A stretch of 64,000 nucleotides of DNA from Eggerthellaceae bacterium (GCA_036552405.1 JAXKCR010000001.1:64642-128641), one strand, 5' to 3'. Positions 1 to 10,248 are shown, counted from the stretch's first letter. Program-made: numbers and translations. Notes: a model not told the origin generated them from the letters alone.

Positions 1-216
1 AACCACGAAGGCGATCAACATGCCGAACCAACCGCCACTTGCGATGCCGTAGTTCCAGCCAGAGTAGTCGCCCGATATCACATAGGCGATACCCAGGCTC
101 ATCAGCAGAACCCAGCTTACCGAGCCCTTCTTGAGCGTTCTTTTTTCAAAATACTCGCTCGTTTCCGTTCCTATAGCGCGTCCCCCTAGGACCGCTGCTT
201 CAGATGGTGGAGTCAT
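1..216 (-). CDS. APC-family amino-acid (ethanolamine-type) permease, N-terminal part; gene continues past window start
   Basis: ATG at 216-214 with GAGGAAG RBS. Translation MTPPSEAAVLGGRAIGTETSEYFEKRTLKKGSVSWVLLMSLGIAYVISGDYSGWNYGIASGGWFGMLIAFVV matches the APC/Eat permease N-terminus (TM1 with GIAYVISG). Confidence 0.55.
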   Translation of the reverse strand, partial: MTPPSEAAVLGGRAIGTETSEYFEKRTLKKGSVSWVLLMSLGIAYVISGDYSGWNYGIASGGWFGMLIAFVV

Positions 217-465
217 TCTACTCACTTCCTCGTTCTGGATAGTTCCGATCGATCCGCCGCACATACGCGCGCTGTGCACGGCGGATGCTCAGATAGTAGA
301 AACCCCGCGTTTCACGTTTGTTTCACTGAAACCATTTAACGCCTTAGCAATTCCTGAGAAATTTCAAGGAAATTGCCTGGAAACACTTATTGGCACCTTA
401 TTTAGGGTGAAAACGAAAGAAAAGCCTGATCACCATAGGCAATCAGGCTTTTCAGGCAACAAAAT

Positions 466-488
466 GGCCCGCATATGCGGGCCATTGA
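466..488 (-). terminator. palindromic hairpin GGCCCGCATATGCGGGCC followed by a U-tract in minus sense; terminator of the small zinc-ribbon gene
   Basis: Perfect 18-bp palindrome at 469-486. Minus-strand reading gives hairpin then ATTTTGTTG. Confidence 0.5.
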
Positions 489-492
489 GAAG

Positions 493-648
493 TTATTTCT
501 TAGCAACGCCACCGATGAGAGACATCTTGGTGCCGCAGTCAGGGCAGGTACCCTTGGTGATGACGCGACCGTTCTTGGTTACGCCTTCCTGAGGGTCGAC
601 CATTTCCTTCTTTTCCTTGCACTTAACGCAATATGCAACAACTGCCAT
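493..648 (-). CDS. small zinc-ribbon protein (CxxC...CxxC, DUF5679-like), 51 aa
   Basis: MAVVAYCVKCKEKKEMVDPQEGVTKNGRVITKGTCPDCGTKMSLIGG has two CxxC pairs. AGAGGT RBS 5 nt before ATG at 648. The ORF-track start at 678 lacks an RBS. Confidence 0.6.
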   Translation of the reverse strand: MAVVAYCVKCKEKKEMVDPQEGVTKNGRVITKGTCPDCGTKMSLIGGVAKK

Positions 649-837
649 CGTTACCTCTTTTCTTGTTATTCGGCGCAAAGGCGCTTGCGCCCTTTATCGC
701 TCGACCCATTGTAGCCATAGTATTAGCGTTTTACCAGATAAAACTTACGTTCAACGAAAACTACGGCGCAGGTCTCCACAAGAAAACGCAATTAGTCGCT
801 AATGTACGTTACTTGCAAACAGAATAGAACCGTCGGA

Positions 838-1026
838 CTAGTCCTCAACGATCTCTTCGATAGCACCCATGGGGCACTCTTCAACGCAGTCGCCACAAGC
901 GATGCAGGACTCTTCGTTCACCACTGCGCATACGCCGTCAACGACTTCGATGGTTCCCTGAGGGCATGCGTCAATGCAGATACCGCAGCCGATGCATTCG
1001 TCAGCCAAAATCACAGGATGGGACAT
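838..1026 (-). CDS. 2x[4Fe-4S] ferredoxin
   Basis: Two CxxCxxCxxxCP motifs (CIGCGICIDACP, CIACGDCVEECP); 62 aa. Confidence 0.85.
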   Translation of the reverse strand: MSHPVILADECIGCGICIDACPQGTIEVVDGVCAVVNEESCIACGDCVEECPMGAIEEIVED

Positions 1027-1217
1027 GAGATACCTCTTCTCTCTTTAGTTCGGGCTATGTAGAGATGTTTCTGTATTGTCTTTGCGGTGCAAATCCATGA
1101 CGGGAAAATACCATAGCGATACTAAGATGCAAGCACAAAGCGCTTTTTTTCTCCGAATATTCGACAAAGCGGTCATTTTTGAGCGTGTTGTACCAACAGA
1201 CGACCGCTCCCTCCTCT

Positions 1218-2240
1218 TTAGCAAATACGGGGAAGCTGCTCACCTACCAGCATATCCATAATGCGCAACGCACCGAAGCCCGTGCGGATCGAGACGCGCG
1301 ACGCTCGATCGTCAGGGGTCTCCACGACTTCGCCGATAATGGCCGCATCTGCTCCATATTCGTTCGCCCGCATGGCCTCTAGGGCCGCATCAGCCTGATC
1401 TGTCGGCACCACGCACACCATCTTGCCCTCGTTGGCGACCTGGTACACGTCATAACCCAGCATTTCGCAGGCGCCGCGCACAGCATCTTTCACGGGAACC
1501 GCATCTTCTTCGATGACGAAATCCACACCCGATTGCTCTGCAAGTTCATTGAGCGTTGAAGCCAGACCACCGCGCGTTGGATCACGGAAGCAACGCGTGT
1601 CGGGCGCTGCCGCCAATACTCCGGCGATCAGATGATTGAGCGGGGCCGCATCGGATCGGATGTCAGCAGTGAACGACAGTTCTTCGCGGCATGCCATGAC
1701 CGTAATGCCATGGTCTCCCATAGTGCCGGAAACCAGGATCTTATCTCCGGGCTTGCAGAACGAACCCGACAGCTGTACACCCTGAGGAATGAAGCCAACA
1801 CCGCTCGTATTGATGAACACGCCATCGCCATGGCCGCGGTTGACCACCTTGGTATCGCCCGTCACAATACGCACGCCCGCCTCACGGGCGGCTTCGGCCA
1901 TGCTCTGGCAGATTCGCTTAAGGTCGGCCACCGAAAAGCCTTCTTCCAAGATGAAGCCACAGGAAAGATACCGAGGAACCGCACCACTGGTCGCCACATC
2001 ATTCACGGTACCGCAAACAGCCAATCTGCCGATATCGCCACCGGGGAAAAAGTGCGGGGTGACCACGAAGCTGTCCGTCGAATACGCAATGCGCTGACCC
2101 GCTTCGGGACCATCGAGCGACGCTGCATCGTTACCCTCGAGCAGTTCGTTGCTGCCATACGTTTCATAGAACACTTCATCGATGATGCGCTTCATCATAG
2201 TTCCGCCACTTCCGTGGCCGAGCAAGACCGTTTCGTCCAT
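1218..2240 (-). CDS. hypE: [NiFe]-hydrogenase maturation protein HypE (carbamoyl dehydratase)
   Basis: AIR-synthase-related fold with the diagnostic C-terminal PRIC motif (...GEQLPRIC*). 340 aa. Confidence 0.85.
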   Translation of the reverse strand: MDETVLLGHGSGGTMMKRIIDEVFYETYGSNELLEGNDAASLDGPEAGQRIAYSTDSFVVTPHFFPGGDIGRLAVCGTVNDVATSGAVPRYLSCGFILEEGFSVADLKRICQSMAEAAREAGVRIVTGDTKVVNRGHGDGVFINTSGVGFIPQGVQLSGSFCKPGDKILVSGTMGDHGITVMACREELSFTADIRSDAAPLNHLIAGVLAAAPDTRCFRDPTRGGLASTLNELAEQSGVDFVIEEDAVPVKDAVRGACEMLGYDVYQVANEGKMVCVVPTDQADAALEAMRANEYGADAAIIGEVVETPDDRASRVSIRTGFGALRIMDMLVGEQLPRIC

Positions 2241-2313
2241 CGCATTCTCCTTATAAATGAACCGCGGCCCCGTAACTGACCGAGCCGCGGTTAGAACTTT
2301 GTAGTATTACGCG

Positions 2314-2736
2314 TTAAATGAACGCACCTGTTGTCGTCATGTGAAGGCGCCCGGTTTTTACTCCCTTGGTGCCGATGATCAAGTTGGCAATATCTTGGAC
2401 CAACCCGGTTTCGCCCTTCAAAATGATCACTTCAAGACAGTTCTCTTCATCCACATGCACATGCAGCGATGAAATGACCGTATCCAAATAGTTGTGCTGA
2501 ATATGGTGAAGTTTTTCCTGCAGGTCGTGCGAATGGTGGTTATACGCAATAGTGAGCGTACCCATAACGATACGCCCCGGCATAGAGCATTCGTCTTCCA
2601 CGAGCGCATCGCGAACCAGATCGCGCACCACTTCACTTCGGTTCTTCGCCAAACCACGACGAGCGACCAAATGGTCGAACTTGACCAGCAGGTCCTCAGG
2701 CATCGCCACGGAAAAGCGCATTAGATCATTACCCAT
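2314..2736 (-). CDS. nikR: nickel-responsive regulator NikR
   Basis: N-terminal ribbon-helix-helix (MRFSVAMPEDLLVKFD) plus a C-terminal His-rich nickel-binding domain (HHSHDL...HHIQH). Start may be the internal Met at 2721. Confidence 0.8.
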   Translation of the reverse strand: MGNDLMRFSVAMPEDLLVKFDHLVARRGLAKNRSEVVRDLVRDALVEDECSMPGRIVMGTLTIAYNHHSHDLQEKLHHIQHNYLDTVISSLHVHVDEENCLEVIILKGETGLVQDIANLIIGTKGVKTGRLHMTTTGAFI

Positions 2737-2773
2737 TGCACCCCTTCGTTCCTAATATGTCGTTGTGACATTC

Positions 2774-3028
2774 TTAGACAAGGCTGACAGTGACGCCGCT
2801 TGCGTTCTGCGCGTCATCTTCGAGCGCGTCCTTCGCATCATCAAGTGCAGCACGAACATCGTCAAGCAATGCCTGTACTGCGTGAAGCTTCTCTCCTACG
2901 GTTTCGAAGCCCGCATCAGATGCCTGATGCGCCAGTGTATGGGTCCAGCGACGCTCAAGCTTGATATGGTCATCGATCTGTTCGATCATCTGCTCGAATT
3001 GACCAGTATTCACTCCGTTAGTGCACAT
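2774..3028 (-). CDS. hypothetical acidic helical protein (84 aa)
   Basis: Protein-like D/E-rich composition with no recognisable family. The overlapping + ORF is Cys-rich and less plausible. Confidence 0.3.
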   Translation of the reverse strand: MCTNGVNTGQFEQMIEQIDDHIKLERRWTHTLAHQASDAGFETVGEKLHAVQALLDDVRAALDDAKDALEDDAQNASGVTVSLV

Positions 3029-3159
3029 AATGTCTCCTTAGAACAAGGCGCATCTTTTCGTCGTGCCATTATTACTTTTTAATACCTTTGTAATACCATG
3101 GTTATAGCACAACAGTGTGAATTTTTTTGCAATCGGTATTATTTGCCTGACTAAGAAAG

Positions 3160-3711
3160 GTGCCTCTTGTGCATACATCGCCTTATGACAGGATCACCCA
3201 TCGCCACCTCGATTCGTTCCCGGCAACGATCGAGGGGAACGAAACGGCTTTGTTCTGCGTTGTGAGCACCCACCCCTTGTCGCAGCAGGCGCACGATGCC
3301 CTGGTAGCTTCGGCTGGGCGGCTGGAATATTCGCCTAAGCAAATATGTTTCATCACTTTGACAGCAACCGATGCCGAAGGCGACCGGTCGGCCGCGACAA
3401 TGAGCACGACCAGTACGGACCAGCAGGCCACAACGGCGACCACGACCAGTGCGGACCAATCGATCGTCACACCCCGCCAGCTCCTTGAGGCGATCGAGGC
3501 GATCGACCCGCTTTGCGTTGTCCTGACCGACCGCAAAGCCGTCGAAACAGCATCAGCGGGATACAACGCCCCTCTTTCCCTTGGAACGAAAGAGCTTCTG
3601 CTTGGCCGAGGATGCTGCTGTTTCGAGGACTTTGGATCTCTACTTGAGAGCGAAAAGGGGAAGCGCACCGCCTGGAACTGCCTTCGGACACTACCAACTT
3701 GCTTCGGCTAA
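3160..3711 (+). CDS. hypothetical protein
   Basis: GTG-start ORF with a Thr/Ser/Ala-rich linker and a conserved-looking segment (QLLEAIEAIDPLCVVLTDRKAVETASAGYNAP). No family recognised. Confidence 0.3.
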   Translation: MPLVHTSPYDRITHRHLDSFPATIEGNETALFCVVSTHPLSQQAHDALVASAGRLEYSPKQICFITLTATDAEGDRSAATMSTTSTDQQATTATTTSADQSIVTPRQLLEAIEAIDPLCVVLTDRKAVETASAGYNAPLSLGTKELLLGRGCCCFEDFGSLLESEKGKRTAWNCLRTLPTCFG

Positions 3712-3928
3712 CGATCGGACCCGCCGCGCCGATCCACCTCAGATTTCATTAACCTCTGCGTCTTTTACCAATACCTCATGGTTTCTTACTAGTTATGTAC
3801 CCACTCTGTTCCTCGGGTGGTATTCTTGCTTGCGTGCTGCCCCCTTCGTCGAAGGCGCGCAGCCCGAAGCCGCCTGCAACGCATCTATTCACGCCAGGCG
3901 CAGAACAAGTCCGTATCCTTCGAAAGGT

Positions 3929-5062
3929 ATGCATATGTCCAACAAAAGCCTTGCCGGAGCACACGAAACGCGAACGATCCTGGTCACCGGCGGTGCCGGA
4001 TTCATCGGAAGCCACACCTGCGTCGAACTGCTCGAGCAGAACTATCGCGTGGTGATCCTCGATGACCTTTCCAACTCCAGCGAAATAGCCGTTGAGCGCA
4101 TCCGCGAACTGACCAACGCAACCGAAGAGAACTGCGCGTTCATCAAAGCATCCATCCTTGATCGCACGGCGCTCGAAACGGTGTTCTCCACCTACGATAT
4201 TGATGCCATCATTCATTTCGCTGGCTTCAAAGCAGTGGGCGAATCCACCCAGAAGCCGCTCGAGTACTACTGGAACAACGTAGCCGGATCGCTCGTGCTG
4301 TTCGACGTCGCCCGCAACCATGGCGTGAAGAACGTCATCTTCTCGTCTTCGGCAACGGTATATGGCGAACCCGAGATGATCCCCATCACCGAAGAATGCC
4401 CCATGCACGAAGCCACCAATCCATACGGCGAGACCAAGGCGATGCTCGAGCGCATCCTGACCGACTTCTATCGCGCCGACGACGAATGGAACGTGGTGCT
4501 GCTTCGCTATTTCAACCCCATTGGCGCTCACATTAGCGGCCGCATCGGCGAAGACCCGAAGGGCATTCCCAACAACTTACTTCCCTACGTTGCCCAAGTC
4601 GCAACGGGCAAGTTGGAATGCATCCAGGTGTTCGGCGACGACTACCCCACCCCCGACGGCACCGGCGTGCGCGACTACATTCATGTGGTCGACCTTGCGC
4701 GCGGGCACGTGAAGGCGCTCGATTACATGGGTGGCAAAGTAGGCACGGGTCGCGCTATTGGCCTCGGTTCACTTGAAGGCGCCCCCGCCGAAGACGGCAC
4801 GCGCACAGGCGTTGCGATCTTCAACCTGGGAACCGGCACAGGATCGAGCGTTCTGGATGTTGTCCATGCGTTCGAAAAGGCTTGCGGCAAGACCCTTCCC
4901 TACAAGATCTGCCCCCGTCGCCCGGGCGACATTGCCACCAATTACGCCGCGTGCGACAAAGCGCGCGAGGAACTTGGCTGGGTAGCCGAATACGATCTGG
5001 CACGCATGTGCGAAGACGCATGGCGTTGGCAGAGCTCTAACCCCAACGGTTATCGCGGATAG
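3929..5062 (+). CDS. galE: UDP-glucose 4-epimerase GalE (with a ~40-aa Gly/Thr-rich insertion)
   Basis: Rossmann GGAGFIGSH, catalytic YxxxK, and GalE-type C-terminus. Start at ATG 3929 after GAAAGG. The longer ORF from 3581 has no RBS and no homology. Confidence 0.85.
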   Translation: MHMSNKSLAGAHETRTILVTGGAGFIGSHTCVELLEQNYRVVILDDLSNSSEIAVERIRELTNATEENCAFIKASILDRTALETVFSTYDIDAIIHFAGFKAVGESTQKPLEYYWNNVAGSLVLFDVARNHGVKNVIFSSSATVYGEPEMIPITEECPMHEATNPYGETKAMLERILTDFYRADDEWNVVLLRYFNPIGAHISGRIGEDPKGIPNNLLPYVAQVATGKLECIQVFGDDYPTPDGTGVRDYIHVVDLARGHVKALDYMGGKVGTGRAIGLGSLEGAPAEDGTRTGVAIFNLGTGTGSSVLDVVHAFEKACGKTLPYKICPRRPGDIATNYAACDKAREELGWVAEYDLARMCEDAWRWQSSNPNGYRG

Positions 5063-5240
5063 ACCGCACTACTACACGAGAAACAATGCTTCTTCGGGGG
5101 CCGCTTACCGACGATAATCCGTCGTTCCCCCCGAAGAATCCTCCACCACCTAACGAAATAACGCGAACAAACCGACAATGCGCTCTACTGCTCACGCTAA
5201 AGTGAGCGGTAGATCTAACACCTTACTGAAGGAGGAACGC

Positions 5241-6041
5241 ATGGGCTTGTTCAACGGAAAGGTCGCCATCATCACCGGCGCAGGATTCGCTGCGTTGAAA
5301 GACGGCTCTGCCGGATCCATTGGCTATGGCATCGCAACGGCATACGCAAAAGAAGGCGCCAACCTTGTTATCACGGGTCGTAACGTCAAAAAGCTCGAAG
5401 ACGCCAAGACGCGTCTCGAAGAAGCCTACGGCATCAAAGTCCTCATCGTTCAGGCAGACGTGAACGCAGGCGCCAACAACCAAGAGGTCGTACAGGGCGT
5501 TATCGACAAGACCATCGCCGAATTCGGCCGCATCGACGTTCTAGTGAACAACGCTCAGGCTTCCGCTTCCGGCGTTTCCATTGAAGATCACACTACCGAG
5601 CAGTTCGACCTTGCTCTCTATTCAGGCCTGTACGCTGCGTTCTATTACATGCAGGCATGCTATCCGCACCTGAAGGAGACGAAGGGATCCGTTATCAACT
5701 TCGCTTCTGGTGCTGGCCTGTTCGGCAACTATGGCCAGTGCGCTTACGCTGCAGCTAAGGAAGGCATCCGCGGTCTTTCCCGCGTTGCCGCGACCGAATG
5801 GGGCCCCGACGGAATCAACGTCAACGTGGTATGCCCGCTGGCATGGACCGCAGCGCTCGAGAACTTCAAGGACGCCTATCCTCAGGCTTACGAAGAGAAC
5901 GTCCATATGCCCCCGATGGGTCACTACGGCAACGTCGAAACCGAAATCGGTCGCGTAGTCGTACAGCTCGCAAGCCCCGACTTCAAGTTCATGAGCGGCG
6001 AGACCCTCACCCTCGAAGGCGGCATGGGCCTTCGCCCGTAG
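5241..6041 (+). CDS. SDR-family oxidoreductase
   Basis: GKVAIITGAG Rossmann, NNAQ, and YAAAK catalytic motifs. AGGAGG RBS before ATG 5241. Confidence 0.8.
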   Translation: MGLFNGKVAIITGAGFAALKDGSAGSIGYGIATAYAKEGANLVITGRNVKKLEDAKTRLEEAYGIKVLIVQADVNAGANNQEVVQGVIDKTIAEFGRIDVLVNNAQASASGVSIEDHTTEQFDLALYSGLYAAFYYMQACYPHLKETKGSVINFASGAGLFGNYGQCAYAAAKEGIRGLSRVAATEWGPDGINVNVVCPLAWTAALENFKDAYPQAYEENVHMPPMGHYGNVETEIGRVVVQLASPDFKFMSGETLTLEGGMGLRP

Positions 6042-6100
6042 CGATTCTCGTTCGTCGTAGCGATTCCCGCTCGTTGCGGTTGCTAACCGTGCGGATTACA

Positions 6101-6136
6101 AGCCAACTCCTTTTTGCGGGGAGTTGGCTTTTTATT
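6101..6136 (+). terminator. rho-independent terminator after the SDR gene
   Basis: AGCCAACTCC-TTTTTGC-GGGGAGTTGGCT stem-loop followed by TTTTTA. Confidence 0.6.
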
Positions 6137-6347
6137 GCGAATCGTCGCCCACGGTCTTGCTCGTACGCGAAGATATTCGGTATAAAATTATCAGTCACCG
6201 TCATATGATGCACCACCGCCTCGCCGCTCGCAGACTACGCCGAAGCGAGGGCGGACGTCTTCGCCTCGGCCGCATGCGAACCGTGCCGAAACAAAGACGG
6301 GCAGGTGCCTTTATACATGACAGAACGGAACGAATTTAGGAGGCCGC

Positions 6348-7331
6348 ATGGATCCCAACAAACGCCCCGAAACCATGGAGCGAATCACTACCCCCGAACT
6401 CGCCCAGGCGTTCATCGCTGAACAGATCGAAGCAATTCATGCCCAGGTGGGCGACAAGAAGGTTCTGCTGGCCCTTTCCGGCGGCGTGGATTCCAGCGTT
6501 GTCGCCGCGTTGCTCATCAAGGCCATCGGCAAGCAGCTCATCTGCGTGCACGTGAACCACGGCCTTATGCGCAAAGGCGAAAGCGAAGAAGTATGCCGCG
6601 TGTTCGGCGAGGAAATGGATGCCAACCTGGTGTATGTTGACGCCACCGACCGCTTCCTGAATCTGCTCGCCGGCGTGGAAGAGCCCGAGGCCAAGCGCAA
6701 GATCATCGGCGCCGAATTCGTTCGCGTGTTCGAAGAAGAAGCGCGCAAGGTGGGCAACGAAGTGAGCTTCCTGGCCCAGGGCACCATCTATCCCGACATC
6801 ATCGAATCGGACGGCGTGAAGGCGCATCATAACGTTGGTGGCCTGCCTGACGACATGCAGTTCGAGCTGTGCGAACCCGTAAAGCTTCTTTATAAGGATG
6901 AGGTCCGCGTCATCGGCCATGAGCTGGGTCTGCCTGATACCATGAATTATCGCCAGCCCTTCCCCGGCCCCGGCTTGGGTGTTCGCTGCTTGGGTGCTAT
7001 CACGCGCGAACGTCTGGAGGCATTGCGTGAAGCCGACGCCATCCTGCGCGAAGAATTCGACAACGCGGGCCTTACCCGCAAGGTGTGGCAGTTCTTCGTG
7101 AGCGTGCCCGACTTCCGCGCAACGGGCGTGCGCGATGGCAAGCGCGCCTACGAGTGGCCCGCCATCATTCGCGCCGTCAACACCGTCGACGCCATGACCG
7201 CCGAGGTGCCCGAGATCGACTGGGCCGTGCTGAAGAAGATCACGAGCCGCATTCTGGCAGAAGTTCCCGGCATCTGCCGCGTGGTGTACGACTTGACGCC
7301 AAAGCCCACCGGCACTATCGAGTGGGAATGA
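6348..7331 (+). CDS. guaA: GMP synthase ATP-pyrophosphatase (PP-loop) plus dimerisation domain, stand-alone subunit (GuaA C-terminal-type)
   Basis: PP-loop SGGVDSSV and GuaA C-terminal signature (...PPGLGVRCLG...TIEWE*). No glutamine-amidotransferase domain is fused. AGGAGG RBS. Confidence 0.8.
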   Translation: MDPNKRPETMERITTPELAQAFIAEQIEAIHAQVGDKKVLLALSGGVDSSVVAALLIKAIGKQLICVHVNHGLMRKGESEEVCRVFGEEMDANLVYVDATDRFLNLLAGVEEPEAKRKIIGAEFVRVFEEEARKVGNEVSFLAQGTIYPDIIESDGVKAHHNVGGLPDDMQFELCEPVKLLYKDEVRVIGHELGLPDTMNYRQPFPGPGLGVRCLGAITRERLEALREADAILREEFDNAGLTRKVWQFFVSVPDFRATGVRDGKRAYEWPAIIRAVNTVDAMTAEVPEIDWAVLKKITSRILAEVPGICRVVYDLTPKPTGTIEWE

Positions 7332-7535
7332 CCTGGGGTTTGCGCGCAAAAATATCCCAAATTACCTAGATGATACGCGAAAAAGCAAGCGATTCCGTTC
7401 GAGGCCGATTGCCTAGCCGCTGCAAGCCCCTCTAAGGCACTCTAGGCTAAACACACGGACAATCATATCCTGTTGCGTCCTTTACCGATATCTCGGATAC
7501 CTTCCAAATCGAGATGGCGATCCATGAACCATTTC

Positions 7536-8132
7536 TTAATCGCCATCTCGACCGACCTCGGCAAATGCGAGCTGCGCATGCCTATCCAGGCTTTCAGCAA
7601 CCTGCCCAAGATACTGCTCGCCCTGCGTGCAGCCGCCCGAGAGCCACTCGCGCATGAGAGCCGAGAGACCTGAGAAGTAGAACGAGAAGAGGAGCGGCAG
7701 GCGCGGGTCGTCTGCACCCTCGCCGAATGTCGGCCACAGGTAGCGGCGTGCGTAGTCGCGGAACATGGCGTCGATCGATCGCGAGAAACGGATGTCGCCG
7801 CCCTCGCCGTCGAGGGCGAGAAAGGCCCTGCGTTTGTCCCTGAGGAATGCTGCGAGCTTTCCGACGCACTCCGCCGGCACGCCGCTCGGTGCCTCCTCCC
7901 TATACTCGAGCATGATCTCCAGCATGCCCGCGATTATCTCCGCGCCTATCTTCTCAGCCATGTCGGGCACGTCGAGGTAGTGGCGATAGAAGGTGGAGCG
8001 GTTCACGTCGGCCAGGTCAACGACCTCGCGCACGGTGACCTGCGCGAGGGGTTTTTCCTCCATCAGCGTGACGAGCGCACTCCTCATCGCCGCCTCGGTC
8101 TTCCGCACGCGCCTGTCCCTGCTCGCATCCAT
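7536..8132 (-). CDS. TetR/AcrR-family transcriptional regulator
   Basis: HTH ...QVTVREVVDLADVNRSTFYRHY. Start taken at MDASRD; the upstream ORF extension lacks homology. Divergent from 8282 operon. The exact start may be off by 1 nt. Confidence 0.75.
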   Translation of the reverse strand: MDASRDRRVRKTEAAMRSALVTLMEEKPLAQVTVREVVDLADVNRSTFYRHYLDVPDMAEKIGAEIIAGMLEIMLEYREEAPSGVPAECVGKLAAFLRDKRRAFLALDGEGGDIRFSRSIDAMFRDYARRYLWPTFGEGADDPRLPLLFSFYFSGLSALMREWLSGGCTQGEQYLGQVAESLDRHAQLAFAEVGRDGD

Positions 8133-8281
8133 TGTGTCCTCCCGTTCTGCACCAATATGGGATAAAGTGTCGCATAAGCGATGTTTCAGCGCAAATTGAT
8201 TCTGGCGGGCTGCTCTTCTGCTCCGTACGATGCAGCTGAAGGCAAGTTGCATCGGCCAGGCGGCAGACGAAGGAGGGCACC

Positions 8282-9136
8282 ATGGCAGACGGCAAGATCA
8301 AGATCCACGTCCTGCACACCGGCGAGGTCTGCGTGGCGCCCGACCTCCCCTTCGGGGGCGACGAGACCAATATCGTCAAGGCGTCCGGGCTCTTCACCAA
8401 GAGGGACGACCGCCTGTGGCTGCCCGTGTCCGCTTATCTCATCGAGCACCCCGAGCACGGGCTCATCCTCGTGGACACCGGCTGGGACCGCTCCATGAGC
8501 CCGGAGGGTACCTTCGACCGCGCGGCGCAGATCCACTCGCTTGGCTCGCCGCTGCTCTACAAGGTGAACCAGGGCGTGCTGCCGCTGGGCGAGGCGGTCG
8601 ACGAGCAGCTCGCGCAGATGGGCATCGTCCCCGCCGACCTGGACATGGTGCTGCTCACGCACCTCGACTGCGACCACGCCAACGGGCTCAGGCAGGTCAG
8701 GGACGCAAAGCGCATACTGGTCGCGGTCGATGAGGTCGAGTGCGCCCGCAAGAACGCCGTCATCCGCTACCAGAGGCGCTGGTGGCAGGGCGTGGACTTG
8801 GAGCAGTTCGAGTGGAACGGGACGGAGGGCCCCTTCCAGAAGAGCTATGACCCCTTCGGCGATGACGCCATCGTGTGCGTGAACATCCCCGGGCATGCCG
8901 ACGGTCTTTTCGCCGTCAAGGTCTACGGGGCCGACGGCCGCTTCGTCCTGCTCTTCAGCGACGGCGGCTACGCGGCCAAGTCCTGGCAGGAGATGATCAC
9001 GAGCGGTATCTCGCTCGACAAGGAAAAGCAGAAGACGTCCCTCGCCTGGATCAGCGAGCAGAGCCTAGACCCGCTGTGCGTGGAATCGCTCGCCAACCAC
9101 GACCCCGAGGTCGTGCCGCACATCATCGAGCTGTAG
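8282..9136 (+). CDS. MBL-fold metallo-hydrolase (N-acyl-homoserine-lactonase-like)
   Basis: Metallo-beta-lactamase His cluster (LTHLDCDHANG, later PGHADG). 284 aa. GAAGGAGG RBS. Confidence 0.75.
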   Translation: MADGKIKIHVLHTGEVCVAPDLPFGGDETNIVKASGLFTKRDDRLWLPVSAYLIEHPEHGLILVDTGWDRSMSPEGTFDRAAQIHSLGSPLLYKVNQGVLPLGEAVDEQLAQMGIVPADLDMVLLTHLDCDHANGLRQVRDAKRILVAVDEVECARKNAVIRYQRRWWQGVDLEQFEWNGTEGPFQKSYDPFGDDAIVCVNIPGHADGLFAVKVYGADGRFVLLFSDGGYAAKSWQEMITSGISLDKEKQKTSLAWISEQSLDPLCVESLANHDPEVVPHIIEL

Positions 9137-9145
9137 GGGAACACC

Positions 9146-9925
9146 ATGGCATACACGTTGATAACCGGCGCGTCGGGCGGCATCGGGCGCGAGATGGCGC
9201 GTGAGTGCGCCGCCCACGGGCACGACCTCGTCCTGGTCGCTCGCAGCGAGGGGAAACTCGGGGAGCTGGCTGACCGCTTGCACAACGAGCACGGCGTCGA
9301 CGCGCGCGTCTACGCATGCGACCTCTCCGTCTCCGACGCGGCGATAGAGCTCTACGAGCGCATCCGCACCGATGGGCTCGCCGTGAACAGGCTCGTCAAC
9401 AGCGCGGGCTTCGGCGACCAGGGCGCATTCCTCGACGCCGACTGGTCGCGACAGGCCGATATGGTGCAGCTCAACGTCACTGCCCTCATGCAGATGACCT
9501 ACCTCTATGGTCTGGACATGCGCGATGCGGGTTTCGGGCGCATCCTGAATCTCTCCTCGGTGGCGGCATTCTCTGCGGGCCCCTACATGTCCATCTACTA
9601 CGCTACGAAGGGCTTCGTGCTCTCGTTCTCGCAGGCGGTTAACGCCGAGCTGAGCGGCAGCGGCGTCACCGTGACCGCGCTCTGCCCCGGGCCGACCGCG
9701 ACGGGTTTCGAGAGGGCGGCGCAGATGGGCGGATCGAAGATGTTCACCTTCTTCCGCCCCGCAACGCCCGAGCAGGTCGCCGCCGCTGGATACAAGTCGA
9801 TGGAGGCCGGCCGTCCCATCGCCTATCACTCTGCCGCGACGAAGGTCATGAACGTCGGTGCGCGACTGCTCCCACGGTCGGTTGCGAACCGCTTCGCCGA
9901 GGCGATCAACGGACGCGGCGATTAG
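9146..9925 (+). CDS. SDR-family oxidoreductase
   Basis: TGASGGIGREMA Rossmann and YYATKGF catalytic Tyr/Lys. Translationally coupled 10 nt after MBL gene. Confidence 0.8.
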   Translation: MAYTLITGASGGIGREMARECAAHGHDLVLVARSEGKLGELADRLHNEHGVDARVYACDLSVSDAAIELYERIRTDGLAVNRLVNSAGFGDQGAFLDADWSRQADMVQLNVTALMQMTYLYGLDMRDAGFGRILNLSSVAAFSAGPYMSIYYATKGFVLSFSQAVNAELSGSGVTVTALCPGPTATGFERAAQMGGSKMFTFFRPATPEQVAAAGYKSMEAGRPIAYHSAATKVMNVGARLLPRSVANRFAEAINGRGD

Positions 9926-10223
9926 GGCGTCTGCGATTCAGCGGCCGGGCTTAGCCGCAAGCGCATTCAGGACATGTATTCCGGCTATAAATTGGCCGTA
10001 ACTTAAGAAAACCGCAGGTCGACCCGCACGAGGGGATGACTACCAACTGAGCGCAGGTTTTGGCACTAGTTTTGAGACCTCGGGAAATGAAAACCCGCAG
10101 ATCATCGGGCTGCCAATCGGGGAGGAGGGGCGCTTTAGCAATTGAGTGGGAATATCGAACATTTGTTCTATACCTACAGCACAAATATATCGCACGCACG
10201 ATAAAGCGTCAAGAAATTAACCG

Positions 10224-10248
10224 GGGCCGACGGTAAGACGGCCCTTTT
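10224..10248 (+). terminator. candidate intrinsic terminator (GGGCCG-N9-CGGCCC-TTTT)
   Basis: 6-bp GC stem with T4 tail, seen in sequence. A second GC hairpin (GGGAGGGCCCGAAGGTCCTCCCTCC) lies at 10274-10300. Confidence 0.4.

Noticed and set aside
131-592. 153-aa + ORF and neighbouring short ORFs (475-714, 617-827)
   Set aside because: They overlap the start and RBS of the minus-strand permease and the zinc-ribbon gene. They have no RBS and unprotein-like composition.
670-697. GGCGCAAAGGCGCTTGCGCC hairpin as a terminator
   Set aside because: It lacks a convincing U-tract in either orientation and sits between two minus-strand genes. It is possible but unsupported.
3581-3928. Long N-terminal extension of the galE ORF (track start 3581)
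   Set aside because: The extension is Arg/Ser-rich with no RBS. GalE homology begins at the Met at 3929/3935, which has a GAAAGG RBS.
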